From contig NIVC01002349.1 of NCBI GenBank assembly GCA_002269645.1, forward strand, positions 1 through 64,000: a DNA stretch of 64,000 bases, read 5' to 3'. The notes under the pieces are model-generated. The model searched no databases, was not told the origin of the DNA, and worked only from the letters and a program-made list of their open reading frames with translations. This DNA comes from Macrostomum lignano (taxonomy: Eukaryota). Shown here one piece after another: positions 13,001 through 23,700 of the stretch. Made by a program: the position numbers and the translations under genes. The first letter of the stretch is position 1. The number at the start of each line of letters is the position of its first letter.

Positions 13001-16000
13001 CCAGCTCGTTGTCGGTTTCGATTTGGAGCTCAGCCAGTCCGGCTCTGTGGGTCAGCTTTCTGGCACACCTGCGCCAACATCTGCGGAAGTTGCCGTTTCC
13101 GCCGTGAGCGCGGATGCTAGGAGTGACTTCTCTGTCGGCGATGTTGCGGAGCGAGGTGGCTTGGCGTTGGCGGAGCGTTTTGTCCAGGAGCGTCGCTGCC
13201 GCGGCCGCCGCACTGTGAGACAGGGGTTGGAGTCCGGCTTCGATAAGGAGCGCGTCTGTTGGCGTAGATTTGCAGCATCCTGAGATGACACGGGCAGCCT
13301 CGTTGTGGGCAGATTCCACCAGTTGTCTGCAGGCGTCCGACGCGAAGTTAAACCAGGCTGCCGCGCCGTGAAGAGCAGCCGACTCAGCGTAGGTTCTGTA
13401 GAGTTGCGACAGGAGCCCAGGGTCCTGGCCCCAGTCACGCCCGGCTAGGCAGCGGAGAGCGTTGGTCCTCTTTTGGAGGTTTTGTTTTTGTACCGACGCA
13501 TGGTGCCGGAACGTGAGCTGGGAGTCGAGGTGCACGCCCAGGAGTCTTGGGTGAGGTTCGAACGGGGCCTGGACGTCGCCGAGCCTGATATTCGGTCTCG
13601 CTTTGCCATTTACCTCACGGGGATCGAGGGAGAAGAAGGAAACGACCGACTTGGACTTGTTGAGGTCCACCTTCCAGGTTTGGGACCAGGTAACAAGCCA
13701 ATCGGCCGCTCTCTGCAGTCTCGACTCGCACTCTTTGAGGTTGTGGCCTTGGGCGCCGAAGGTGGTGTCGTCGGCGTAACCGACCGCCAGGACGTCTTCG
13801 GGGGCGTCGTCGAGCAGGTCGTCGATGTACACGTCCCAGAGCGTCGGGGCGAGAACGGATCCTTGCGGTAGGCCCTCGGTGAAGATTCGGACGCGGCTGC
13901 GGACCCCGTCCCAGGTGACGAGGGCGCGGCGGTCGTTGATGAAGTTTTTAATCCACCGGTTCATACACGTGGGCGTCCCTTTTCTGTTTAGCTTGGCAAT
14001 TTGGGCTTTACGCCACACGCGCTCGTACGCTCTGGAGAAGTCAGCTAAGAGTAGGGCGGTCCGCTTCGCTGGTTTCTGAGCTTGGAAGCCGTCGAAGATG
14101 TATTGGGTGACCGCCGTAATCTGCTCCTCAGTGGAGCGGTTCCGGCGGAATCCAGCTTGGGCTGCATTTAGCAGTTTATTCTCTTCCAGATGAAAGGCGA
14201 GGCGTTCGTTAACGAGCCGCTCGGCGATTTTAGCAGTACAAGAGAGAAGGCAGATAGGGCGGAAACTCGCCGTGATGCTGTGATCTTTTCCGGGTTTGGG
14301 GATCGGTCGAATGTCGCCCAGACGCCACGCAGCCGGGACTTCAGCGGTACGCCAGGAGATGTTGATGGCAAGCAGCATTCCCGAGTCGTAAAGGTAGTAG
14401 AATATGCCATCATCTTTGACGTCAGAGTACATCTTGTAGATTCCGTTCGGGTTGATGGCCGCGCAGTGTCCATACCACCAGCCAGCTGACTTCTCAGCAG
14501 CGCAGCTGCCATAAAAGTGCGCGTCATTGTCATATTCGGGCGTGCTGAACTGGTGATTATTTGGCAAAAAGAGTGCTTCAGTTCGCTGTCCGACGCTTGA
14601 CCTGCTCGCGTCCAGTGGTCCCATCAAGCACCTGTACTTATCGGTCACTGGCCCAACAGAGAACGGAGCATTCTCAGCCCAGTACCAATTGCCGTTGAAG
14701 TCACTGAACTCCCAGCGGACTCTCCACACTCCAGTGGCGGTGAGCTGGTGGAGCTGCTCCAGTCCCATCCAGTAGTTGAGTCTCTCGCCCTGACCGAATC
14801 CATTCATGTAGTCCCCCCAGTTTCGGTTGAAGCTGACGGAGCCGTCGACTCTGTGCTGGAACGTCGTCCAGCAAGCGCCCAACGGCTCCTTGAACTGAAA
14901 TTAACAAGAGATGAAGTTCGCGCATGAGAACTCTGTTACAGCTAGACAGTATCCTGATCACTGAGCTGTGCTACTCACCCACAGCTTCGCCAGGCCAGGA
15001 TCTCCCTCGTGCCGGCACTTTCGACAGGCGTCCTTGCTGCCTCGGTGGCACATCAGCAGGGTGCAGTCACCCGACTCAGCGCTGAATGAGACAGCGTGAG
15101 CAGCTTCGGCCCTGCTCAGACAGTGGATCTTGCTGGCACTCTTGAACACTCGCAGTACCCTGTACTCAGAGATGTCACTAGACTGCAGCTTCCAATTCGA
15201 GAGAGAATTGGAAGAGTCAGCTGGTTCAGCAATCACAGTTAAGGCGATTGCAAACACCCAACAGGCAAATCGCATGTTGGGACTCATTCTGGGGTTTTAT
15301 TGTTGACTGTCAGAGCTCGATTGGGCGTCAATATCGAGAGAATACCAATATAGAGATCTTATGAGCCGTGTTCGCACCTCGAAAGCGATTTTCCCCCGCT
15401 AAACTGACTTGTATTTATACACAGCAAATAAATCAATGCCAGCTTTGACTGAAAGCTTTTCATTGTGAATCTGAATGGCCCAATGTGTCGCATTGTAGCC
15501 CCCCCCCCCGACAAAGGCTTTTAAACTGGGACCGATTGCTTCATTTGTCTTTTTCTGCTCTGCCGCGCTTGTAAATTTCTGAAAAAGAAATGTTTGCGCC
15601 ACTGACGAGGCCGTGGAGATGCTAGGCTATTATGAAAAATTGCTCATCCACGAGGCGTTTGAAGCTGCGATGCTTTGAATTCGATTTTCAGCTCCCCGAC
15701 AGGCAGTAGTTCCAGCTCATTAGCTGTTTAGATTGAAGCTCCATTGTTGAGCTGAATTGTGCAGTTCTGCTATTGCCTTCTTTAAGGCTCTCACAATAAC
15801 AGGATTAAGCTCTTTTTAAATAGGGCTCGACACCGTTTGCTGTTAGATAGGAGCAGTCCAAGGATCTGGGAGGGTGGCAGGTGGAGCAGCCAGAGGAGCT
15901 GGGAGGGTGGCGGGTGGAGCAGCCAGAGGAGCTAGGAGGGTGGCGGGTGGAGCAGCCAGAGTAGCTGGGAGGGTGGCGGGTGGAGCAGCCCGAGGATCTG

Positions 16001-19000
16001 GGAGGGTGGCGGGTGGAGCAGCCAGAGGATCTGGGAGGGTGGCGGGTGGAGCAGCCAGAGTAGCTGGGAGGGTGGCGGGTGGAGCAGCCAGAGGATCTGG
16101 GAGGGTGGCGGGTGGGTCAGCCAGAGGATTTGGGAGGGTGGCGGGGGATCAGCCAGAGGATCTGGGACGGTGGCGGGGGGGGACCAGCCAGAGGATCTGG
16201 GAGATCATTAAATATTGAGCAAGACTAATTGAGTAACCAATCGAGCATTTTTACATTTTTCCCCAACCAAATGTAGCAAGCGACCGAGCGAGATCTCAGT
16301 TTCATTGTACAAGCTTTTACTGCAGTTAGTTGCTAACAACTTTTTAATTGTAATCCAGTGTAAGAAATGTACTTGAACAATAAATGATCCACGCTACGCA
16401 CTACAAGGCCGAGTAATCCAATTAAAAAATAAAAAATGGAGTTGATATTTTGTATTAAAAGCAACAGACTAGCTGTTGAAATAAAAAATTTATACCAACC
16501 GAATTTGAACGAAATGTAGGCTGGAGGCTTGGGCCTTTTCTCTCTTGCTCGCTATGAACACGCACTGGATTTGGGTTTTTCAAGTTTTCCTGTTTTCCTG
16601 CAATCTTTAATTTTCAATAATATCTTTTTGAGCACTTTTGAGTCTGAGGCAGTCTGCAGTCAGCAAAACAGAATGAAGATGCCAATTTAATAGATCTGCT
16701 TTTAGAAATTCAGAGACTTAATCATTATCGATTCATTATCTTGTAAATAAATGACTCTTTTTAACTTTCCCATTATATAGACGAAAACGCTAATTTTGCT
16801 ACTGAAAAAGAGTAGATAAGCAAGTTTTTATAGTTTAAACATCGGCGAGTATCTGTGTCATAGGTGCCAGAGTGTGTGCCATGAATGCCAAATTGTCATG
16901 ACTAACGAGTATTAGAGGTCAAAAAAGTGATGTACAGTATTTGTAGTTCACCCAGCTGTAAAATGGGTGCCAGTATTAGCTGTGATAATTGAGTGTGTGG
17001 CGACCCCCTCCCCCCCCCCCCCGAATTCTTGGACTGAACAGCCGTACGCAGCTTTCAATCTATTATTATTATTATTATTTTATTAGTCATAGGTTGAAGC
17101 TGGGAGCGATATCAAATCAAAAGTTAGAGGCTGATTCCTAGAAATGTGCATATTTATCAAGAATTACTAGCGTATGTACTTTAGAATTGCCTGCAGCTTA
17201 CCATTGCCAATGTCAATAAGTACATCATTAGCTCGCTGCGTGATGTCGCACTGTGTTTCAATTTTCTGTTCATCAGATAGTCCGTCAACTTTGTGTATGA
17301 ACACTTCGAATTTAATCTTTGGATTAACCGAGTAGGCGCCGCTAACGAGAACTTTCAGCCGATCAATAGCGTCAATGTATTCGTCTTGAGCGTCGATAAC
17401 GAATACAATAGCGCCAGTGCTGGAGAATGTGTCGTTGGCATCGAACACGTCGTTCATGTAGTCAATGTGGCCCGGCACGTCCCATACGGAGAACTGGATA
17501 AATGAGCAGTCGGACACCTCTGCGGGAATTTAGACAGAGTGGACTCATATGAGACCGCTTGCTCACCTGCTACACGCAACTCTATCTGCGACTGTCTAAA
17601 GCTCGCTCATCTGAGATCCAATCCATCTACCTCAAAGGCCAGATAGGGAATTTAGCCCTTGTCTGTGGGCCAGATGAGAGTTTTATTTTATTAGAGGTAG
17701 GGGGGTTGTGTGCACCCTGGCGCACTTTAAGCGACATCAACGCACAACCGGCAAGAGGCATTACTGCCCATTCCGCCGACTCCCCTGAGCAGGCATACAA
17801 GCGCGCGGATACGTACGCAGGCACACAATCACACAGGAGTGTACAGCGGCCCTAACTTTATATTATCGTTAGGCATGTACACTTCACTGCGCCTTGGGGG
17901 GTTGGCTCTCAAGGCCGTTAATTGCACGAGCAGAGCCAAGCCGAGATTCCAATTCAGCTCTAAATTAATGTGACTGCACTTGGAATCGAGCCTGGGTCGC
18001 TGGCACACCAGAGCCTGCGCTAGACCGCTGGGCTACGGCCCCCCTGCCAGATGAGAGTGGAAAGGAAAGGGAATGGAAGACAAAAGATGAGAAAAGAGAG
18101 GAGAGGCAGGAAATGGTATGAGAGAAAAGATAAAAGAGGAGAGAAGAGGGGAGAGAGGGAAAAGAAAAAGAGAAGGGCGAGGGGAGAGGGGAAGAGAAGG
18201 GAGAGGGGAGAGAAGAGAGAGAGGATAAAAAGCTGAGCAGAGACACAAACCTTGAGCGGGCCGGATTGCCATTGTGAAGTTTCAAAGGACCTGAGTTCGC
18301 CGACCCTTAATTTGATACTTAGAGTTCTTTCCATTCACTCACCATCTTTCTGAATTTTGCAAGTGCTCTCGAGAAACAGCGTCTCATTGGGGCTCATCTT
18401 GTGGAACACCACTTTTTGGATAGAAGATTTGCCGCTCCGCCTCATTCCCATAACTAGAATGCGCGGCTTCTCGTCCGCGGCTGCCGACGCGCCGGCGACA
18501 CCGCTACTGGACGACATGGCGCCGACACCGACTCCGTTGACGGAGGCGACACCAGCCTGCGTTGCAGTTACGAAATTTAAGTGGGAATACAACATTAATC
18601 AAGGCAAAGATTTAATATCATAAAAATAGATGATCTATTTACACAACCGAATGTGGGATCTATCTCTACACAACCAAATGTGGGATCTATCTACACAACC
18701 GAATGTGGGATCTATCTCTACACAACCAAATGTGGGATCTATCTACACAACCGAATGTGGGATCTATCTCTACACAACCGAATGTGGGATCTATCTCTAC
18801 ACAACCGAATGTGGGATCTATCTCTACACAACCGAATGTGGGATCTATCTACACAACCGAATGTGGGATCTATCTCTACACAACCGAATGTAGGATCTAT
18901 CTCTACACAACCGAATGTGGGAAATGTGGAATCTATCTACACTATCAAATGCGGGATCTATCTGCACAATCGAATGTGGGATCTATCTATACAACCGAAT

Positions 19001-19404
19001 GTGGGATCTATCTCTACACAACCGAATGTGGGATCTATCTGCACAATCGAATGTGGGATCTATCTCTACACAACCGAATGAGGGATCTATCTCTACACAA
19101 CCGAATGAGGGATCTATCTCTACACAACCGAATGTGGGAAATGTAGAATCTATCTACACAATCGAATGTGGGTTATATCTACACTATCAAATGCGGGATC
19201 TATCTGCAAGTTTTTCCTGCAAATTAGATGAGATTTTCCCAGAAACGATAAAACTGTGAAAATCAGCAGCCCCCCCCAGCTCACCTGATCGTATCCATAC
19301 TGCACGGGGAAGCTACCAACAACGTAACTGCCAACTGTGGCTTCCTCTTCAACAGCGGCTGCTGCCCCTAGCTGCTGCTGCTGTGGCTGTTGCGCTGCTG
19401 ACAT
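1387..19404 (-). CDS. RRAGC: Ras-related GTP-binding protein C/D (Rag GTPase), 6 exons, ~400 aa
   Basis: Exons (minus): 19285-19404, 18343-18556, 17202-17519, 2755-2891, 2486-2634, 1387-1651. All are GT-AG with matching phases (0,1,1,0,2). Motifs: [100 protein letters not shown], and the C-terminal roadblock domain [16 protein letters not shown]. Confidence 0.95.
1663..2400. repeat. 23-24-bp minisatellite filling most of the last RagC intron
   Basis: Units ggggattctgctgttctgagatct grading into ggggattctgctattctggggt; abuts the exon 6 acceptor at 1652. Confidence 0.9.
3113..3460 (+). mobile_element. tRNA-derived SINE, family A (copy 1)
   Basis: A-box-like gagcccagtgg and B-box ggctcgattcc. 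The ~340-bp body matches the reverse complement of 17682-18045 along its length. Confidence 0.75.
4011..4080. repeat. (CT)n microsatellite
   Basis: Near-perfect CT run. Confidence 0.95.
4082..4860 (+). mobile_element. Penelope-like element 3' fragment (end of GIY-YIG endonuclease plus 3' UTR with hammerhead motif)
   Basis: The ORF ending at 4430 reads [23 protein letters not shown], resembling the C-terminal part of PLE GIY-YIG, then [19 protein letters not shown] hammerhead-like motif lies at 4789-4826, and CT tracts flank both sides. Confidence 0.65.
4789..4826 (+). ncRNA. Minimal type I hammerhead ribozyme motif (variant core)
   Basis: GGC-CTGACGA-A-GAGCC-caga-GGCTC-GAAT-CCGG-TA-GCC. It has stem I GGC/GCC, a CUGACGA core, a 5-bp stem II and a UA cleavage site, but GAAT instead of GAAA. 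Confidence 0.6.
5715..6794 (+). CDS. Orphan intronless ORF, 359 aa from the ATG at 5715, Arg/Ser/Gln-rich with Cys-rich C-terminus
   Basis: 1080-nt GC-rich open frame that is not a tandem repeat, inside AT-rich flanks; ends ..[15 protein letters not shown]... No homology recognised. Antisense within RagC intron 3. Confidence 0.45.
   Translation: MSLRTRATSTTASHRSHYQAAAGRRTSFGQAPKGHHRFQSSASSDASCSDSNGSSKYLSLGHIGATRTHSQTSSPSSECSFNSRILDNGNRQWDRLIKLAVRDANSSNRQQSTRRRSRRHDSMSPQPIQPVFSPPPSPTANPYRYRRGRSAGRHHEDSISPAQRWNDNSSNQSKIYDFRPLRQQRQRRTACKPQLLQQHKHGRMMQEQQPNKIYAGNHAESNVLLNRKLNDSLRRLQSQRRSSRNLVRCNNEDRWTSFYGKDDSDSSQSEQEERPLPVQKAQQWVRDRCGRDERARELEPSCDGARGCMRETRSHRETLFSCPFMALSLTTKIYECDKCATKYHSSLSGSRARMPWVQQ
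7140..7380 (+). pseudogene. Degenerate LINE RT fragment (C-terminal/thumb region)
   Basis: Translates [47 protein letters not shown], which parallels [18 protein letters not shown] of the LINE at 12-14 kb; contains in-frame stops. Confidence 0.55.
11921..15287 (-). CDS. Secreted fibrinogen-related (FReD) protein gene, interrupted by a LINE insertion; pre-insertion product ~294 aa
   Basis: Exon 1 15287-14979: signal peptide [16 protein letters not shown] plus a Cys-rich PAN/apple-like segment. Intron 14978-14895 (GT-AG). Exon 2 from 14894: [57 protein letters not shown]. Removing the LINE restores ..[26 protein letters not shown] with the stop at 11921-11923. Confidence 0.85.
11989..14377 (-). 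mobile_element. 5'-truncated I-group non-LTR retrotransposon (RT + RNase H + CCHC knuckle)
   Basis: RT motifs [33 protein letters not shown]. RNase H motifs [42 protein letters not shown] knuckle. (AAC)n tail at 11989-12004. 9-bp TSD ttcccgagt at 11980-11988 and 14378-14386. No APE domain is retained. Confidence 0.92.
15860..16203. repeat. 33-bp G-rich minisatellite
   Basis: Unit ggatctgggagggtggcgggtggagcagccaga; the [14 protein letters not shown] is an array artefact. Confidence 0.9.
16945..17056 (+). mobile_element. 5'-truncated copy of SINE family B (3' half)
   Basis: agttcacccagctgtaaaatgggtgccag..tgtgtggcgacccc..ttggactgaacagccgtacgcagc matches the reverse complement of about 34650-34770. 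Confidence 0.75.
17590..18320 (-). mobile_element. hAT-like non-autonomous element, family 1 (GA-rich interior), carrying a nested SINE
   Basis: Conserved blocks ctacctcaaaggcc..gggccagatgagag and ccttgagcgggccggattgccattgtgaagtttcaaaggacc..gttcgccgaccct are shared with copies at about 21.0, 28.0, 31.9-32.9 and 49.8-50.7 kb. The left end is degraded. Confidence 0.55.
17682..18045 (-). mobile_element. tRNA-derived SINE, family A (copy 2), full length with TSD
   Basis: Head gggggccgtagcccagcggtctag (A box) and ggctcgattcc (B box); A-rich tail; 13-bp TSD gccagatgagagt at 17669-17681 and 18046-18058. Confidence 0.85.
18637..19208. repeat. 25-27-bp minisatellite in RagC intron 1
   Basis: Unit ctacacaaccgaatgtgggatctatct. 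Confidence 0.9.
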
Positions 19405-20037
19405 AGTTCGCAATAGCAATCCAAGCTTTTTTCACATAAATAATATTCGATCGATTCAAATGTATATAATAGACCTGCCAATCTGAGTACTAACCGCAAC
19501 CAACTTTGCTTAACTTAGCCTAATAAGGCCAGCAACCCAATACTGTTATTTATCATCAAAATACACAATAGCTAAGATAATACTAATGCATCATATTAAA
19601 AATAGTAAAAGATAAAATAAATAAAAATAAGCAGCTCAAATTCATAATGCGAGTAGGAATGCCAGATGCCAAAGATATATTATATATTTACTCTGGTTAC
19701 ATTCTTACACAGTAATTCTAAACCTAACAAATTTAGTTACTCGCAAACTCTAAAGTTACCAGGCGTCTAACACGCAGTCTAAGTACGTACAAATAAGAAC
19801 AAAATTATTCACGGGAAAAATTGAAAAATTCAAAGCATGAGATTAACGGTTAGTGCGAATGGCTAAATTCAACACTGAATTTGATGAATAAACAGCGCAA
19901 ATGAAATTTCATAATTCCAAATTAACATGCTGACGCGATAGATTGAAAGCTGAAAAAAGGTTCCATTTTATAGCATTAATGTAGGAATGGATTAATGGAA
20001 TTCTGGATGCCTCAACAGTCGCTACTGTTGGGGCACA

Positions 20038-20230
20038 GTCTGTCTGTCTGTCTGTCTGTCTGTCTGCCTGTCTGTCTGTCTGTCTGTCTTAGTGTCTGTC
20101 TGTCTGTCTGTCTTAGTGTCTGTCTGTCTTAGTGTCTGTCTGTCTGTCTGTCTTAGTTTTTGTCTGTCTGTCTGTCTGTCTGTCTTAGTGTCTGTCTGTC
20201 TTAGTGTCTGTCTGTCTGTCTGTCTTAGTT

Positions 20231-20261
<31 letters not shown>

Positions 20262-20430
20262 GGCTGTCTGTCTTAGTGTCTGTCTGTCTTAGTGTCTGTC
20301 TGTCTGTCTGTCTTAGTTTCTGTCTGTCTGTCTGTCTGTCTGTCTTAGTGTCTGTCTGTCTTAGTGTCTGTCTGTCTGTCTGTCTTAGTTTCTGTCTGTC
20401 TGTCTGTCTGTCTGTCTTAGTGTCTGTCTA

Positions 20431-20461
<31 letters not shown>

Positions 20462-20519
20462 TAGTGTCTGTCTGTCTGTCTGTCTTAGTGTCTGTCTGTC
20501 TTTCTGTCTGTCTGTCTGT
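20038..20519. repeat. (TCTG)n microsatellite with ttagtg interruptions
   Basis: Lies between the IVD stop and the RagC start. Confidence 0.95.
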
Positions 20520-20720
20520 ATTAAATAGCCAGCCGTTGGCCACTATCTTATTTTAATAGTTCCCCTTCCAGCTATATCTAAAAGACACAGACAAAAGTAC
20601 ACATGAAAATAATTAGCTGTACAAGTGAAAATAAAACAGACAAAAACACTACTTGGAAACGCAGGCAAGGCGCAAATCTCAATCAAACGCAGAAAATAAC
20701 ACAGCATTTTAATCTACAAA

Positions 20721-23700
20721 TTAAGATTTATAAATATTGTTAATAGCCCGACCAATAACTAGGCGTCGAACCTCGGACGTGCCGGCGCCAATTTCGTACA
20801 GTTTAGCGTCGCGCAGCAGCCGGCCAGCCGGGTATTCGTTAATATAGCCGTTGCCGCCCAGGATTTGAATGGCGTCCAGGGCCGACTGAGTGGCATCTTC
20901 GGCGCATTTCAGTATCACTCCGGCGCAGTCCATAGGCTGTCGCGAGCCCTGAGATGGAGATAATAGGTTTCGAAGGAAGTATTAGAAGGGCCGGTCTATC
21001 CGGCCCTCCGGTCCTTTGAAACTTCGCAATAGCAATCCGGCCCGCTCAAGGTTTCTGTCTCTTTTACAGATACTCGTACTAAAATAACTAAAAAAATAGT
21101 TATTCTAGTATCCATGGTCTCTTCCCAACCCTCATTTTTCTCTCCTCTTCTCTCATCTCCCTCTTGTCACCTCTCCTCTCTTTTTTCTCTCTCTCCTATC
21201 ACCTCTCGTCTCGTGGACACTGTGGTGAGCCACCAACACCCTGCTCTGTAGACACTACAGTGAGACGCCTACACCCCCTCTGTGGACACTGCGGTAAACC
21301 GCCTGCATCCCCTCTGTGGACACTGCGGTAAACCGCCTACACCCCCTCTGTGGACACTGCGGTAAGCCGCCTACACCCCCTCTGTGGACACTGCGGTAAG
21401 CCGCCTACACCCCCTCTGTGGACACTGCGGTAAACCGCCTACACCCCCTCTGTGGACACTGCAGTGAGCCGCCTACACCTTATCCGTAACCCCCTGATCT
21501 CCATAGGTTTTACTTGCCTACCCAAAAGGTTCTACTGTTGACAATATGTAGAGTGAAGCCCACCAATAACTAAACTGTAAATATATATATACATATAACA
21601 GGTCACAGGTGTAAACACACACAGCCACTCACCTGAGCCAGAGCCCTAGCAACAGAATAAACGTAGCACCGACCACTAGTCAATCGGCAATACATATCGG
21701 CCATTTTTCCTTGCAACAATTGAAACTGCCCAATAGACTGGCCAAACGCTTTGCGAATGTGGGCATATTGGAATGCGGTATCGCAGGCGGCCTGCATAAT
21801 ACCCAACGGCCCGGCAGACAATAGCAGCCGTTCAATGTCCAGGCCAGACATCAGCACGTACACGCCACCGTCTAGGCGGCCCATGACCCGATCAGCCGGC
21901 ACTCGAACTCCGTCGAATACCAATTCGCCCGTGTTGCTACCCCGCATGCCAAGTTTGTCCAGCTTGCGAGAACAACTGAAACCGGGCGAGTCTCGCTCTA
22001 CTAGAAATGTTGTTATACCGTGCGCCCCAGCCTCCGGTTTAGTCTTGGCGTACACCACTATTACATCCGCGTCTGGACCGTTGGTGATCCAAAATTTGCT
22101 GCCATTCAGCACGTAGGAGCCGTCAGACTGACAAAGAGATATTTTCGAAAAAAATCATCACTGAAGATACCTTTTAGTCTGAATATTTAGCTCTTGTTGC
22201 TGAGTAGCCACTGCCTAATACTGGCTTCAAGACTCTTTGCTGAGTAGCCAATGCCTAATATTGGCTTCAAGACTCTTTGCTGAGTAGCCAATGCCTAATA
22301 CTGGCTTCAAGACTCTTGTTGCTGAGTAGCCACTGCCTAATACTGGCTTCAAGACTCTTGTTGCTGAGTAGCCACTGCCTAATACTGGCTTCAAGACTCT
22401 TGTTGCTGAGTAGCCACTGCCTAATACTGGCTTCAAGACTCTTGTTGCTGAGTAGCCACTGCCTAATACTGGCTTCAAGGCTCTTGTTGCTGAGTAGCCA
22501 CTGCCTAATACTGGCTTCAAGACTCTTGTTGCTGAGTAGCCACTGCCTAATACTGGCTTCAAGACTCTTGTTGCTGAGTAGCCACTGCCTAATACTGGCT
22601 TCAAGACTCTTGTTGCTGAGTAGCCACTGCCTAATACTGGCTTCAAGACTCTTGTTGCTGAGTAGCCACTGCCTAATACTGGCTTCAAGACTCTTGTTGC
22701 TGAGTAGCCACTGCCTAATACTGGCTTCAAGGCTCTTGTTGCTGAGTAGCCACTGCCTAATACTGGCTTCAAGACTCTTGTTGCTGAGTAGCCACTGCCT
22801 AATACTGGCTTCAAGACTCTTGTTGCTGAGTAGCCACTGCCTAATACTGGCTTCAAGACTCTTTGCTGAGATATCGTGTGGATTCATTACTTTATCTTTT
22901 TTTAAACTTTATAAACCCTAATAAACGGAAATTCCCCAGAGTAAATAAAGTTAGTATCGCCTTTATTACCTGCTTGTCGGCGCGCATAGTCATCGACACA
23001 ACGTCGGACCCGGCATTTGGTTCCGACATTGCTAGCGCGCCAATCCATTCGCCGCTAATTAATTTCGGCAGGTAACGGCTCTTCTGCTCGTCGGTGCCGT
23101 GTCGGACAATCTGATTGACGCACAGGTTAGAATGGGCTCCGTAGCTTAGGGCCACTGCGGCGCAGGCCCGGGACATCTCCTCCATTACGATGGCGTGATC
23201 CAGGTATGAGGCGCCCAGGCCACCGTACTCCGCTGGGGAAATTCCATGGTAAAGGTGGTGATTCTTTATGAGAGGGTAGGGATTCTTGATGGGAGGGTAG
23301 GGATCTTTGATGGGAGGGTAGGGATCTTTGATGGGAGGGTAAGGATCTTTTATGGGAGGGTAAGGATCTTTGATGGGAGGGTATGGATCTTTGATGGCAG
23401 GGTAGAGAATTTCAATTGGAGGCTGGAGTGGGGGGGAGGATTGACTGGAGGCGAAGATCGTTGGTTTTTTCAGAGAGATACTTCGTCTTAATTAGTGATT
23501 AGAAGCCCCCTAATCGAAGTGGGAAATGGAGGCCTTTTGCAAAAATTATAAAACTTACTGATTTAGTTTTGCCCAGTATCAAAATGTATACTCGTAAATA
23601 CATATGTATTTATTGAGCTCATATAAATAGATTATTATCATACTTACTAGGCGCTGTAACACCAAGAAGTCCAAGTTCTCCACACTGCCTCCAGAACTTC

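Noticed and set aside
12094-14533. Plus-strand ORFs overlapping the LINE (12312-12893, 13473-13871 etc.)
   Set aside because: These are antisense shadows of GC-rich coding sequence.
12003-14882. Diversity-generating-retroelement-like system (RT plus lectin target)
   Set aside because: The RT is a non-LTR LINE type with RNase H, a tail and a TSD. No template/variable repeat pair exists in the window, so insertion explains the adjacency.
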